From Nitrososphaerota archaeon (GTDB lineage: Archaea; Thermoproteota; Nitrososphaeria_A; Caldarchaeales; Calditenuaceae), in assembly GCA_041641295.1 (NCBI GenBank), contig JBEPYO010000001.1, positions 864,001 through 928,000 of the forward strand: a stretch of DNA of 64,000 nt. Direction: 5' to 3'. The position numbers and the translations under genes are program-made. Position 1 is the first letter of the stretch, and each line of letters opens with the position of its first letter. A model generated the notes under the pieces. It was not told where the DNA came from. It saw only the letters and a list, made by a program, of their open reading frames with translations, and made no database searches. Positions 45,363-55,447 of the stretch are shown here, piece after piece.

Positions 45363-46865
45363 GTGCCAAGTGCCAGTAGAGTCTCCCTCATCGGGGCTTT
45401 AGGAGTGGTGCTGCTAGCTGTTGCGATGGCCCTACCCGCAGCCTATGCGCAGGCCTACAACATCACGGTCGAGGATGCTAGGATAAAGGTCAGGCTCACA
45501 TACCCTCCCGAAGTCGAGGTAGGCTCCTGCTTCAACGTCCAGATAGAGGTTACAGCCCTCTCGGCACTAGACAGTCTCAACCTCACCCTCAAGATAATCT
45601 ACTTCTACGACAGTCAGAGCCAAACCCTCTACAATCAAGTATTGATAAACGATGTGGACGTGTCGGCCCCCAGTGTAGTATTATTCAAGAACATAGGCCT
45701 CTGCATACCAACACAAGTTGCTGCAGATCCTTGGCTCGAGGCGAGGGTAATCTTCAACTATTTCACAGACAGCACCCCCGTAGAGATAACGAACACATTC
45801 TACATGAGCACCGTGAGGCAGATATCCTATGAGCGGCTATCCGCTAGGCTCGCAGACGCGAACCAAGAAATCTCGAGGCTGAGGTCCGAGGTAGCGGCCC
45901 TGAAGGCTGAACTTGAGGAGGCTGCCGCGAGGGAAGAAGCCCTGAAGGCGAAGATCGATGAGCTGACCCAAGTCAAGGAGGATTTGGAGAAGAGGCTGGC
46001 CGAGCTTCAAACCCTTAAGAGCGAGTTGGAGAAACAGCTGTCAGACCTCACCAGCAGGTATAGCCAGCTGCTGGTGGACAACTCCGCGCTACAGGAGCGA
46101 TACAAGACCCTGATGGACAACTACGCAATCCTCCAGAAGAGCTATGAGGAGTTAAGAAAGGACTATGACGCGGTCTCAAGAGACCTATCATCGACCAGAA
46201 GCCTCTACAGCGAGCTACAGTCTAGGCACGAGTCCTTGAGAGCATCATACGAGGATTCTGTCAAGACTTTGGGCCAGTTGGAGGGGTCCTTGAAGGAGCT
46301 TGAGAGGCAGCGCGAGGTTCTCGAGGCGATGCTGGCCCAGGCCACCGGGGAGAGCGGCTTCTTCAAAAACGTCGCTGTTGGACAGGGTGTCGGGCTGGTC
46401 GCCCTAGGTGGCGGCGTCGCAGCCTGGATGTTGATGAGGAGGAGGGGTAAGGCCGCAGCGGTTGGGGGCCAAACAGCTCCCACGCCCCCTCCACCTTCGC
46501 CACTGCCCACAAACCCAACCACCAACCAGCCACCCTCAACAGCAGCCAACCCCGAACAGCTAAGCGCGGCGGAGCGCGCAGCCAAGGAGCCAGCACACGT
46601 AGAAGAGGCGCCGGAGAGCGAAGTGGTCCAGAAGGTAATCTCAGGCAGAAGGGTCACTATCCCCTCACGTCTGGCCGAGAGGCTAGGCATAGGTATAGGG
46701 GACAGCATAAAGATAGGGCTGCTAGGCGACAGGCTGATTCTCGTCCCGATAAGGGCTAATGGAGCAGCTTATCCGCAGCCTCCTGAGCCTGCCTCACAAC
46801 CTCGACACTCTTCAGAAACTCGCGCCGCTCAGAATCATCAAGATCGAGCTCGATTATTCGCTTAA
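45363..46865 (+). CDS. Exported coiled-coil membrane protein with cytoplasmic AbrB/MazE-like domain
   Basis: Signal peptide (AYA-Q), beta-rich domain, long heptad region, TM, Pro-rich linker, RRVTIPSRLAERLGIGIGDSI. Confidence 0.75.
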   Translation: MPSASRVSLIGALGVVLLAVAMALPAAYAQAYNITVEDARIKVRLTYPPEVEVGSCFNVQIEVTALSALDSLNLTLKIIYFYDSQSQTLYNQVLINDVDVSAPSVVLFKNIGLCIPTQVAADPWLEARVIFNYFTDSTPVEITNTFYMSTVRQISYERLSARLADANQEISRLRSEVAALKAELEEAAAREEALKAKIDELTQVKEDLEKRLAELQTLKSELEKQLSDLTSRYSQLLVDNSALQERYKTLMDNYAILQKSYEELRKDYDAVSRDLSSTRSLYSELQSRHESLRASYEDSVKTLGQLEGSLKELERQREVLEAMLAQATGESGFFKNVAVGQGVGLVALGGGVAAWMLMRRRGKAAAVGGQTAPTPPPPSPLPTNPTTNQPPSTAANPEQLSAAERAAKEPAHVEEAPESEVVQKVISGRRVTIPSRLAERLGIGIGDSIKIGLLGDRLILVPIRANGAAYPQPPEPASQPRHSSETRAAQNHQDRARLFA

Positions 46866-47685
46866 CACCGCTGAGCCCCAAAACAGCCGGCACCACGCTG
46901 CATACACCATCCACGCCATACTCGCCCCTCAGGTAGACGCTGGAGGGAATGACTGCGTCAGTATCCTTTAGGATAGCCTCGGCCATAAGCATCACGCCAG
47001 CCCCCGGGGCATGGCTTGCCGACCACCCCTTAAGGGATATCACCTCGGCACCAGCCTTCCTAGTCCTCTCGACCAGTTCACCGATCTTCTCCCGCGACAG
47101 GAGTGAGGTGAGCGGCTTACCGAGTACATGAGTTAGGCGCGGTAGGAGGACCATATTGTCGCCGTGCTCTCCTATTATGGGGCCGACGATAGATGAGCGC
47201 GAGACCCCCAGCTCCTTGGCAACCAAGTATCTGAACCTGCCAAAGTCCAGCAGGCCGCTAAACCCTATAACCCTCTCCCTCCCAAACCCGGTCTTCCTCA
47301 AGGCAACATAGGTCATTACGTCGAGGGGATTTGTTACTACTATGACCTTGGAGTTTGGCGCATATTCCCTAACCTTCTCTGAGACGTCCGCGACTATGGC
47401 AGTGTTCTTCTGGAGGAGGTCCATCCTCGTCATGTCGGCCTTCCGAACTACTCCAGCCGTAATAACCACCAAATCCGCTCCCGCGATATCCTTATAGTCA
47501 TTCGACCCAGTTATCTCCACGTCTATCCCAAGTATCGAGGCCATGTGAGAGAGGTCCAGCGCCTCACCCTGCGGCAGCCCCTGCACAATATCCACTAGGA
47601 CAAGATCTCCCAAACCCTTCAAAGCAATATGTATCGCCGCTGAAACTCCAACCCTTCCACACCCGATAACACCTATCAGAGGCAC
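46756..47685 (-). CDS. mdh: Malate dehydrogenase (LDH-like)
   Basis: IGCGRVG, TAGVVRKADMTRMDL, VTNPLD, GEHGD. Confidence 0.92.
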   Translation of the reverse strand: MPLIGVIGCGRVGVSAAIHIALKGLGDLVLVDIVQGLPQGEALDLSHMASILGIDVEITGSNDYKDIAGADLVVITAGVVRKADMTRMDLLQKNTAIVADVSEKVREYAPNSKVIVVTNPLDVMTYVALRKTGFGRERVIGFSGLLDFGRFRYLVAKELGVSRSSIVGPIIGEHGDNMVLLPRLTHVLGKPLTSLLSREKIGELVERTRKAGAEVISLKGWSASHAPGAGVMLMAEAILKDTDAVIPSSVYLRGEYGVDGVCSVVPAVLGLSGVKRIIELDLDDSERREFLKSVEVVRQAQEAADKLLH

Positions 47686-47749
47686 AAAATACCACTGGAG
47701 AGAGTTCTAAAAAAGGTATTCTACGTGGCTCACCCCCTCTATAGCTTGG

Positions 47750-48649
47750 ATGACCGTGGCGGCGATTTCGAGGGGCGTATACATGGTGGACACTGGCGGC
47801 CTCGGATACAGGAACACTGTTGCAGCATACATTGTGAAGGGGGAGAGGTACGCGGCGGTCGTGGACACTGGTTATGGCTCATCCACGAGACGTATGGCAG
47901 AAGCAATAGCGAAAGCCAACGCCGCGGATAAGCTCAGATACATAATCCCTACACACGCCCACCTAGACCACTGCGGGGCGACGGGAGACTTAGCAAACAT
48001 CTACAAGGGGGCCGAGGTCTACGCCCACGAGCGGGCGCTCCCTCACATCATCAACCCCGCGAGGCTGCTGGAGAGTGTCAAGGCGATCTACCCTGCCTAC
48101 GCACTGGCCGCTATGGGCGGTATGAAACCTGTCGATGAAAACAGGGCGCGAGTCATGGATGATGGTGAGGAAATAGACTTGGGTGGACTCACTCTCCGCT
48201 CAATCTACACGCCAGGCCACGCCCCACACCAATTATCCATCCAGATAGTGGAGCTGGGCTACATAGTGACCGGAGACGCCGTCCCATCCAAATACTCGTT
48301 CGGCGACTACTACATCCCCAACATAGTCCCGCCGAGATACGACCTAGACCAAGCACTTCAGAGCCTCAAGAAGATCTTCGACCTAGAGCCCCGCCTCCTG
48401 CTCACCCCTCATTTCGGGCCAATCCTGCCATCCAAGAGCCTGTATGAGAAATACGTGTCGGTGATTATGGGGGCGGTGGAGGCTGCGAAGGAGTTGATTG
48501 GGAGGGGTGAGGGGTTGGAGGCGTTGAGGTCTAGGCTGGCCGTCGCAATTACGGGTGGAACCGATTTGTCGGGCCTTCACCCCTCCATACAGGTCGGGGT
48601 GATATTCGCGGCGCTCGCACTCTACCAGACCTACAGGTCATCCACGTAG
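47750..48649 (+). CDS. Metallo-beta-lactamase-fold hydrolase
   Basis: THAHLDHCG, TPGHAPH, TGDA, PHFG. Confidence 0.9.
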   Translation: MTVAAISRGVYMVDTGGLGYRNTVAAYIVKGERYAAVVDTGYGSSTRRMAEAIAKANAADKLRYIIPTHAHLDHCGATGDLANIYKGAEVYAHERALPHIINPARLLESVKAIYPAYALAAMGGMKPVDENRARVMDDGEEIDLGGLTLRSIYTPGHAPHQLSIQIVELGYIVTGDAVPSKYSFGDYYIPNIVPPRYDLDQALQSLKKIFDLEPRLLLTPHFGPILPSKSLYEKYVSVIMGAVEAAKELIGRGEGLEALRSRLAVAITGGTDLSGLHPSIQVGVIFAALALYQTYRSST

Positions 48650-49431
48650 CGGAAGCTGACGCCCCCCGCACCTATCTCCGCGACCGCGGGCCTGATGCCG
48701 TAGAACCTGCAGGAGAATACCGTGTAGAGCTTTCCTCCGAAGAGGGCCTCATAGCCTGCGGGAACAGGCTCGTGGGCCCTAAACAGCCTCTCACACCCGC
48801 TCGCCTCCAAAAACCTCTCAAGCACCCTACGCCCAAAAACCCTCGCACCTCCTCCACGCGGGCTGGGCCCAAACCCGTCCACACCCTCTCTCGGATCGTT
48901 CCAAAGAACCTGGAACACAACCTCATCCTCCAAATCCTCACCCTGCTTCCCCCGCGAAGCGACATCCCGTATAGAGCTGGCACCCTCCGGAACCCCTCCA
49001 TGCACCAGTATCGAGGACCGGTTGAAAACGCCGCCTATAGGCAAAGTAGAGTAGAGGTTAGCGAAGAGGCCGTAGGCCCCGGGGCCAAGCCTCCTCGACA
49101 CCACCTCATAGAACCCATAGTACATATTCATCTCCCTAGTCTCGTGGTTCCCCCTCAGAAGGTATATTCTCTTGGGCTCGTCCCGCTTAGCTTCGAGCAA
49201 TCTGACAATATTCTCCAACTGGTAGGGGCCCCGGTCCACGTAGTCGCCGAGAAAAATTATGACGCCACTCCCCACCCTCTCTAGGACTCGCTCAGTCGTC
49301 TCCAAGTCGCCGTGAGTATCGCCAACAACAACCGCGCTCTTGGCCTCAATCTCGAGGACTGCGCTCTCGGCAGAGAGAATTGGAGTAGCCTCCTCCACAA
49401 CCTTCTTAACAGCGCCCAAGCCCAGCGACAA
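48631..49431 (-). CDS. PPP-family Ser/Thr protein phosphatase
   Basis: GDTHG, GDYVDRG, RGNHE, HGG, WNDP, RAHE, TVFS. Confidence 0.92.
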   Translation of the reverse strand: MSLGLGAVKKVVEEATPILSAESAVLEIEAKSAVVVGDTHGDLETTERVLERVGSGVIIFLGDYVDRGPYQLENIVRLLEAKRDEPKRIYLLRGNHETREMNMYYGFYEVVSRRLGPGAYGLFANLYSTLPIGGVFNRSSILVHGGVPEGASSIRDVASRGKQGEDLEDEVVFQVLWNDPREGVDGFGPSPRGGGARVFGRRVLERFLEASGCERLFRAHEPVPAGYEALFGGKLYTVFSCRFYGIRPAVAEIGAGGVSFRYVDDL

Positions 49432-49598
49432 GACCCAAACAACACTATATCCCCAGTATTTCTAAGTAGCCTTGCAGAAAATAGAAGCGCCAAAACTCTT
49501 GCCTGCAACGTATTTATCCCCAGCCCCCCACTCTTAGGCAGCTACTCGAAACCGCGGAGCAGTTGAGAAATATATAATCACAGTATAGGGGACTGTGA

Positions 49599-50075
49599 TT
49601 GGATAATCTAATATTCTCAAGGCTGGTGTGGTTGTCTGTGAGGCCTAGGAAGCTGGAGCTTGGAGAACTCCTAAATATGCTCGTAGAGGAGCATAGACAG
49701 GTTAAGTCTCTGCTCAACAGGCTCAACACCCTCCTACAGGAGGAAAGATACGCGGAGGTAGCAGAAGAACTCAACAACTTCAAACCATACCTAGACCAGC
49801 ACATAATAGACGAGGAGGCGACAGTCCTCAAGGTGCTCTTGGACGCTTATGGGAGAGAGGGCGCCGAGCGCGCGATAAAAGTCTTCCAAGAACACAAGGA
49901 GATACACCAGCTAATCTCAGAGATGCGGTCTGCAGCCCTGTCTTCACCCGAAGGACTGGCTGAGAAGAGGGATAGGCTTAGAACCGTTCTAGAAAGGCAT
50001 TTTAGGGCTGAGGAGGAAGAGGTTTTCCCATGGGCGCTAGACACCGTGAGAAAGAGGCAGGGGAAGCCCATATGA
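49599..50075 (+). CDS. Hemerythrin/HHE cation-binding protein
   Basis: EEH, HIIDEE, QEH, HFRAEEEEVFP. Confidence 0.85.
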   Translation: MDNLIFSRLVWLSVRPRKLELGELLNMLVEEHRQVKSLLNRLNTLLQEERYAEVAEELNNFKPYLDQHIIDEEATVLKVLLDAYGREGAERAIKVFQEHKEIHQLISEMRSAALSSPEGLAEKRDRLRTVLERHFRAEEEEVFPWALDTVRKRQGKPI

Positions 50076-50118
50076 TACTAGAGAACCCTGAAGACGGCTC
50101 CCCTAGGACGAGGCCACA

Positions 50119-51021
50119 TCAGACCCAGACGGCGAAGTCACATACGTCAGCCATGTTTGCTTGGCAGAGCGTCTCAACGCATGAGACGTTCGTCAACCCG
50201 AACGCCTCCTCAAACAGGCCGGAAAGGAAGCCTCTGAAGAAGTGGCTCCTGTTAACACTCACGCCGGGACGCCGCTTTGAGCACTCGAAAAGCTCCTTAA
50301 CACCGATCCTCCAAACCATCTTGCTAGAATCGGCTTGGTAGTTCTCCAACACGCACCAGCCGGCAGCCTGAACCTCAGCCAGGGATAATCTGACCAGCTC
50401 ATCACCCGTCAGTGACGTCTCAGCCCTGAGGTTTTTCGCAAAACTCTCACCATATCTACGCCCCATGTCGTATAATAGCGCGTTAGCCGCGTCGCCTAGC
50501 TTCTCCCTCAGGTGCTCCATCATGTCGCAGAAGTAGTCGACCGTAAATACGACGGCCCTCTTATCGCCCATCATGATGGGGAACATGTGGCTATTTACAG
50601 CGACGCCCTTGACTAGCGCCCCATTCACCGAGACGCTCTCAACCACGCCGAGACCGCCGAGACTATACTCTATCCCCTCAGGGCTCAACCCGGAGTCAGT
50701 ATAGTCCACGAAAAGGGAGACGAGCAGCCCTCCATCGGAAATCTTAACCAGGGAGCCTCCCAAAACGTCGACAGTTTTCTTCGAAGCGATGCTTGAGAGG
50801 AGGACGATAAGGCCCGCCAGGTCGGGCGCTATGGCTGTCACCTCGGCGACGCTTCTACCCTTCCTGACGCACAGAGAAGGTAGAGAAGTTGGGACGCGAA
50901 ATGTCTTGTCGGTGGAGAGATTCCCTGGGTAGTACTCGTGGCTTAGGTCTCGTGGCCTCGCTGCGGCGGGGGTTGCGACCACGTGATTAACACACATGTA
51001 CATGCTTATAAATTTTGTCAA
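50119..51021 (-). CDS. ACT + V4R (4-vinyl reductase) domain protein
   Basis: APDLAGL ACT-like start; LYDMGRRYG, ELFEC, HFFRGFLSG, ETLCQA....CDF; true start probably internal. Confidence 0.8.
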   Translation of the reverse strand: MTKFISMYMCVNHVVATPAAARPRDLSHEYYPGNLSTDKTFRVPTSLPSLCVRKGRSVAEVTAIAPDLAGLIVLLSSIASKKTVDVLGGSLVKISDGGLLVSLFVDYTDSGLSPEGIEYSLGGLGVVESVSVNGALVKGVAVNSHMFPIMMGDKRAVVFTVDYFCDMMEHLREKLGDAANALLYDMGRRYGESFAKNLRAETSLTGDELVRLSLAEVQAAGWCVLENYQADSSKMVWRIGVKELFECSKRRPGVSVNRSHFFRGFLSGLFEEAFGLTNVSCVETLCQANMADVCDFAVWV

Positions 51022-51054
51022 TCAGTTTGTCTTTAAGTCCGTCAAGACTTAATT

Positions 51055-52257
51055 TTGTGGAAAACTTTATATAGATGTTACCCCCCTAAATTTAACAGAT
51101 GTTGTTTGACTAACAAAAACTCAGGATTGGCCACTGCGTCAAAAAGTGTAAATCGCAACGACGAGTTCATCGAACTCCTCGACGCCCTTAAAAGATACGG
51201 CCCACGAAACCTCTCACTCATCTCCATGCTGACAGGAATACCAAGGGAAACTGTCCGGTATAAAGTGAAGAAGCAGCTAAAGAACCTCGGATTCGAAATC
51301 CAGATGGTTCCCAATTTCTACAGAATGGGTCTCACAAGACTCTGCGCAAGACTATCATTCACCAAGAACGGATTGAAGATAGCGCGACACATCCTAGACG
51401 AGCTGGGCAGAAACTCATACCTCTCATACTACGGCAAAATAGCATTCAGCAACGACTACCTAGTCCTAATCAACCCTCCATCAAAATGGGCCAGTGTGTT
51501 CGGCGAACTCTTCAACAACCTTCAAGATGAGGGGGTAGTAGAGAGCTTCGAGATGAGCGAGATCAAAGAAGTCGGATACCCACACGTATCATACCGCCTC
51601 TTCGACTTCGAAAAAGGCACTTGGAAAATAGGTGAGGAAGGTGAACCAGCATACGAAGGAGTAGTCTCGATGCAAAAGGCATCTAGTGAAGAAGCGGCCA
51701 ACTACCTTCTGGATTCGACGGATCTAGCAATAATCACGGAGTTGCTGGGTGACGCATTTAGACCGCTTACAAAGATATCGCCGAGTATCGACCGCGACCC
51801 AAGACTACTAAGATACCACTTCCAAGAACATATAGTCAGGAAAGGTCTAATCGCAGGCTACGTATTAAATCGGTTCCCAAGCGGAAATGATGCTCCTAAT
51901 CTTTCTAGAATATGGGTCAAGATAGACGCGCTCCCTACTTCCAAGCTTTGTGATTTCTCAAAAGCAGTTGCTTCATCACCTTTCTGTAAATTTTATCAAG
52001 TCTTAGAGGACAACACGCTGCTCACATACTTGCTTATTGATCAGCAATTTTCATCAGCCATCAGACATCTCTCAAACATATTCACAGAATATGGCGTAAG
52101 AGGTGAGTCGTTCATAATAGAAGACTCTACGTCATTTACATTAACTAAAGAGCTGTTTAAGGATGGTTATGGTTGGTTAAAACCCTTCATAAATCTATCA
52201 TCAATACTAACAAGTAAAGGAATAGGACCAGTGGGGGTGGAGTCTAAGTCAACTTAG
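51055..52257 (+). CDS. Duplicated Lrp/AsnC-like wHTH transcription regulator
   Basis: GPRNLSLISMLTGIPRETVRYKV and LDSTDLAIITEL...LLRYHF; AT-richer than neighbours. Confidence 0.7.
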   Translation: MWKTLYRCYPPKFNRCCLTNKNSGLATASKSVNRNDEFIELLDALKRYGPRNLSLISMLTGIPRETVRYKVKKQLKNLGFEIQMVPNFYRMGLTRLCARLSFTKNGLKIARHILDELGRNSYLSYYGKIAFSNDYLVLINPPSKWASVFGELFNNLQDEGVVESFEMSEIKEVGYPHVSYRLFDFEKGTWKIGEEGEPAYEGVVSMQKASSEEAANYLLDSTDLAIITELLGDAFRPLTKISPSIDRDPRLLRYHFQEHIVRKGLIAGYVLNRFPSGNDAPNLSRIWVKIDALPTSKLCDFSKAVASSPFCKFYQVLEDNTLLTYLLIDQQFSSAIRHLSNIFTEYGVRGESFIIEDSTSFTLTKELFKDGYGWLKPFINLSSILTSKGIGPVGVESKST

Positions 52258-52512
52258 AATGGATCTTTTCCAATTGGTGGGCCCTGCATCACTTAATCAC
52301 CTATGTGTAGCTGTCGGTGTATCGTTTATAAGCTTTTTCCTTTAAAACAATGATTTAGTTTTTTGTTTGGGAATTAGGAAAAGTTGGAGTCTGGGTTTAG
52401 GGGTGGTTTAGGCTTTCTGGGCGTGGTTTTTTCTTATATTTAAACTTATTTGGAGCCGGTTGGCCGTTGAATACTTTTATTGGTGTGCGTTGTGTTAGGC
52501 GGTTAGTCTGCG

Positions 52513-53706
52513 TTGCTGTCAATCAGGTTGACTGGTGGGCTTCCGCGGGACTTTTGGATCCTCTTACTCTCACTTTTCTTAATTAACATGTTTGGGCTTG
52601 GGTTTAGCCCGTTCATGGCCTATTTTCTCCGCGAGATTGGTGGGAGTGTTGGTGAGGTTGCCCTTGTCTTGGCGGTCTCGCGGGTTGCGTATACGTTGTT
52701 TCTCGTGGTTGGCGGGGTGGTTGGTGATTTTGTGGGTAGGCGGCTGCCCCTGGTAGTAGGGCCTATCGTCATCGGATTCTCATACATTGCGTTGTCGGGT
52801 GCCAAGTCTTGGAGTGATGCAGTAATTCCCCTAACCTTCTCGATGCTGCCTGTGGCCTTCACGGCTCCGGCAGTCTTCGCATACATAGCGGATGTGGTTG
52901 ATGAGTCGAGGTATGGTAGGGCGTATGGAGTCTACTTTGCAGTTATCAACCTAAGCGCAGTCCTAGGGTACCTCATAGTCGGCCACATGATTGAAGTGTT
53001 TGGATACGGTGTCAGCCTCATAGCGGTGGGTGTAGCATCGATCTTGACTGCGCTAATCAGGGTCTGGCTCAGAGAGCCTAGGAGGCAGCGTGTGGATCGC
53101 CCAGTTATGGCATATGTGAGAGAGGCCTATGGACAGTTGAGGCGCAGATTCATATCCCTGCTGATCCTGTCGCGTGGGCTTTACCTCGGGCTCGCATCCA
53201 TGATGAGTTCGGTCATAATTCCATTGTGGGCCAGGGAGATCGCCACGCTGGGCGAGGCCCAGCTCTCATTCATATTCGCCATAGAGGCGGCCATCTACTC
53301 CATACTTGCGCCAATAGGTGGTAGGCTAGTTGAGTCTCAGAGATGGTGGCTTCGACTCAGCCTACTCGAGCTTCTGATAAAGATCCCCGCCCTACTCATT
53401 CTTATCTCTGCTTCAACTTTTCTCCAGCTCCTCCTCGTCATGTTGCTGGACTCGGGGCTGGCCATATTTATCATACCTGCTCTTGACTCTCGCCTCTCTT
53501 CCGGTCTTGCAAGCATACACCGGGGCGCCATCTGGGGCCTACAACAGTCCATCACCTCGGCTGCCACAATCGCCCTCATACTGGTTGGCGGGTATGCGTG
53601 GGAGCTGTTAGGCCCCATGAGAACAGTCCTCATGTTCTTGGCCTATCCGGTAGGAATGATGCTGTTGATTCTTGCTTTGGCTAGGGCTGGCGGTGAGGGC
53701 CGGTAG
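52513..53706 (+). CDS. MFS transporter
   Basis: GVVGDFVGRR motif A, ~12 TM. Confidence 0.9.
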   Translation: MLSIRLTGGLPRDFWILLLSLFLINMFGLGFSPFMAYFLREIGGSVGEVALVLAVSRVAYTLFLVVGGVVGDFVGRRLPLVVGPIVIGFSYIALSGAKSWSDAVIPLTFSMLPVAFTAPAVFAYIADVVDESRYGRAYGVYFAVINLSAVLGYLIVGHMIEVFGYGVSLIAVGVASILTALIRVWLREPRRQRVDRPVMAYVREAYGQLRRRFISLLILSRGLYLGLASMMSSVIIPLWAREIATLGEAQLSFIFAIEAAIYSILAPIGGRLVESQRWWLRLSLLELLIKIPALLILISASTFLQLLLVMLLDSGLAIFIIPALDSRLSSGLASIHRGAIWGLQQSITSAATIALILVGGYAWELLGPMRTVLMFLAYPVGMMLLILALARAGGEGR

Positions 53707-53818
53707 TTTTTCCGGCTCGCTGAATCATCAGGCTAATTGTTTGTGAAAAGGATAATCAGTAAACAGTAAGCTAAATATCCCTTGGAGTCAGCCGGCAGAA
53801 TGGCGATTAACAGAAGAG

Positions 53819-54715
53819 GTGTATGCGTTGGGGCTTGATGTGAAAAGGCAGGAGGCCAGTCTTCTAGCAGGCGTTGACCCCGCCCTTCTAGCAGGCTTCA
53901 TTAGGCGTGTTCTCAACTACCTAGGTGTAACAGTTCTGAGGCCGAGTATCAACAATAGAAATGGTGGCAGCAGGATTGTCTATCCTCAGGCTGACGCGTT
54001 ATTCAGGACTAGCGGGGAGGAGACTGTCAGGATGCTTGAAGCCCTAACATCGATGGGGGTCTTTAGAAGGATGCTCTTGGAGGTTGTCAAGGTCTGCCCG
54101 AACTGTGGCTCACCCTCTATAGAGATGAGGGAAAAATGCCCCTCCTGTGGTGCAGAGACAACGATACAGTTCTTCGCGGGAGCTATGCCTGCCTGCCCCT
54201 CCTGCGGGGAGAGGCTGGACGGGTCAACGGCTCTAATGACTTGTAGGGGCTGTGGATCAAGCTTTACGCTCCAGAGCTGCAGGGATGTCCCGCTCTACAT
54301 GTATGTCCTAGCTAGCCCGTCTGAGGAGCAGCGGAGTGTTTTGGCCGAGTGGGCTGGGCGGGGCCGAAACTCTGAGAGCCTCTCCATAGAGATGGTCAAG
54401 GTTATTGACGCCTTTGCAGAGAGGCTGGACAAGATCCTAGACGAGTACTTCAAGGCGCGGCCGATGTATCAGGTGTCCCAAACCACATCTGTCCAGCCGC
54501 AGGGCGGAGTTACACAGATACAGCTGGCACCACACCTCGCAAAGACTTACCAAGTCGTGAGAAATAAGGGCAAAGTCACCGCCCTCGACGTCTCGATAGA
54601 GACCGGCCGATCTAGGCCCTTAGAGAGTGTATACTTGAACCAGCTCGTGGCTCTTGGATTGGTCGCGAAGCATAGGGTGGGTAGGAAGCTATACTTTACA
54701 CCGAAGGCGCAGTAG
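53819..54715 (+). CDS. TackOD1-like multi-zinc-ribbon protein with C-terminal wHTH
   Basis: Four CxxC pairs (CPNC, CPSC, CPSC, CRGC) after a helical segment; TALDVS.ETGRSRPLES.YLNQLV..GLV. Confidence 0.7.
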   Translation: MYALGLDVKRQEASLLAGVDPALLAGFIRRVLNYLGVTVLRPSINNRNGGSRIVYPQADALFRTSGEETVRMLEALTSMGVFRRMLLEVVKVCPNCGSPSIEMREKCPSCGAETTIQFFAGAMPACPSCGERLDGSTALMTCRGCGSSFTLQSCRDVPLYMYVLASPSEEQRSVLAEWAGRGRNSESLSIEMVKVIDAFAERLDKILDEYFKARPMYQVSQTTSVQPQGGVTQIQLAPHLAKTYQVVRNKGKVTALDVSIETGRSRPLESVYLNQLVALGLVAKHRVGRKLYFTPKAQ

Positions 54716-54757
54716 GGTTACAATTATAACGCGGGTTCTCCCGGACTCTACTAAGGA

Positions 54758-55408
54758 ATGCCTCGGCTTGGAGTAATCTTCGACCTCGATGGGACCCTGA
54801 TAAGGTTTCCTGAGCCTTGGATAAGGGAGGCTAGGATGGAGTTTCTAGACTGGCTTGTAAAGACTTTCCCGGTGGATGTCGAGGCTATAGATGAGCTTTC
54901 CATCCCGCAGATAATCGAGAAGGTCGCTAATGGTGACCGCTCGAGGTATAGGCATCTCCGCGAGGTTGCCAACTCGATATATGTTAGGCGGGAGATGGAG
55001 GCTGCTGAGAACGCGGCTGTCAGGGAGGGGGTTGTCGAGCTGTTGGAGGAGCTTAGAAGGATGGGCGTGTCGATGAGCATAGCAACCAACAATTGTAGGG
55101 ATGCTGCCATACTCTCGCTGGACACAGCCGGCATAAGGGAGTACTTCGACTGCGTGGTGAGTAGGAGTGATGTGGAGGAGATGAAGCCGAGCCCCGAGAT
55201 GCTGGTGAAGGCCGCATATGCTACCAACACCCCGCTGAGCATGGGGATGCATGTCGGAGACTCTGTCGTCGACGTCCTAGCCGCCCGCTCCATAGGTATG
55301 ATGGCCATATCCGTCATGGGGGGCGTCCACAGCCTTGAGAAACTACTATCATCCAAGCCACACTTCATCATAGAGCGGCCAATCCAGCTTCTCGAGATAC
55401 TGAGATAG
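54758..55408 (+). CDS. HAD-superfamily hydrolase (phosphoglycolate phosphatase-like)
   Basis: FDLDGTL, ATN, KPSP, VGDS..D. Confidence 0.9.
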   Translation: MPRLGVIFDLDGTLIRFPEPWIREARMEFLDWLVKTFPVDVEAIDELSIPQIIEKVANGDRSRYRHLREVANSIYVRREMEAAENAAVREGVVELLEELRRMGVSMSIATNNCRDAAILSLDTAGIREYFDCVVSRSDVEEMKPSPEMLVKAAYATNTPLSMGMHVGDSVVDVLAARSIGMMAISVMGGVHSLEKLLSSKPHFIIERPIQLLEILR

Positions 55409-55447
55409 GCCCAGCCTATAAGCCACCTCTACCGCCGGTATCGTGGG

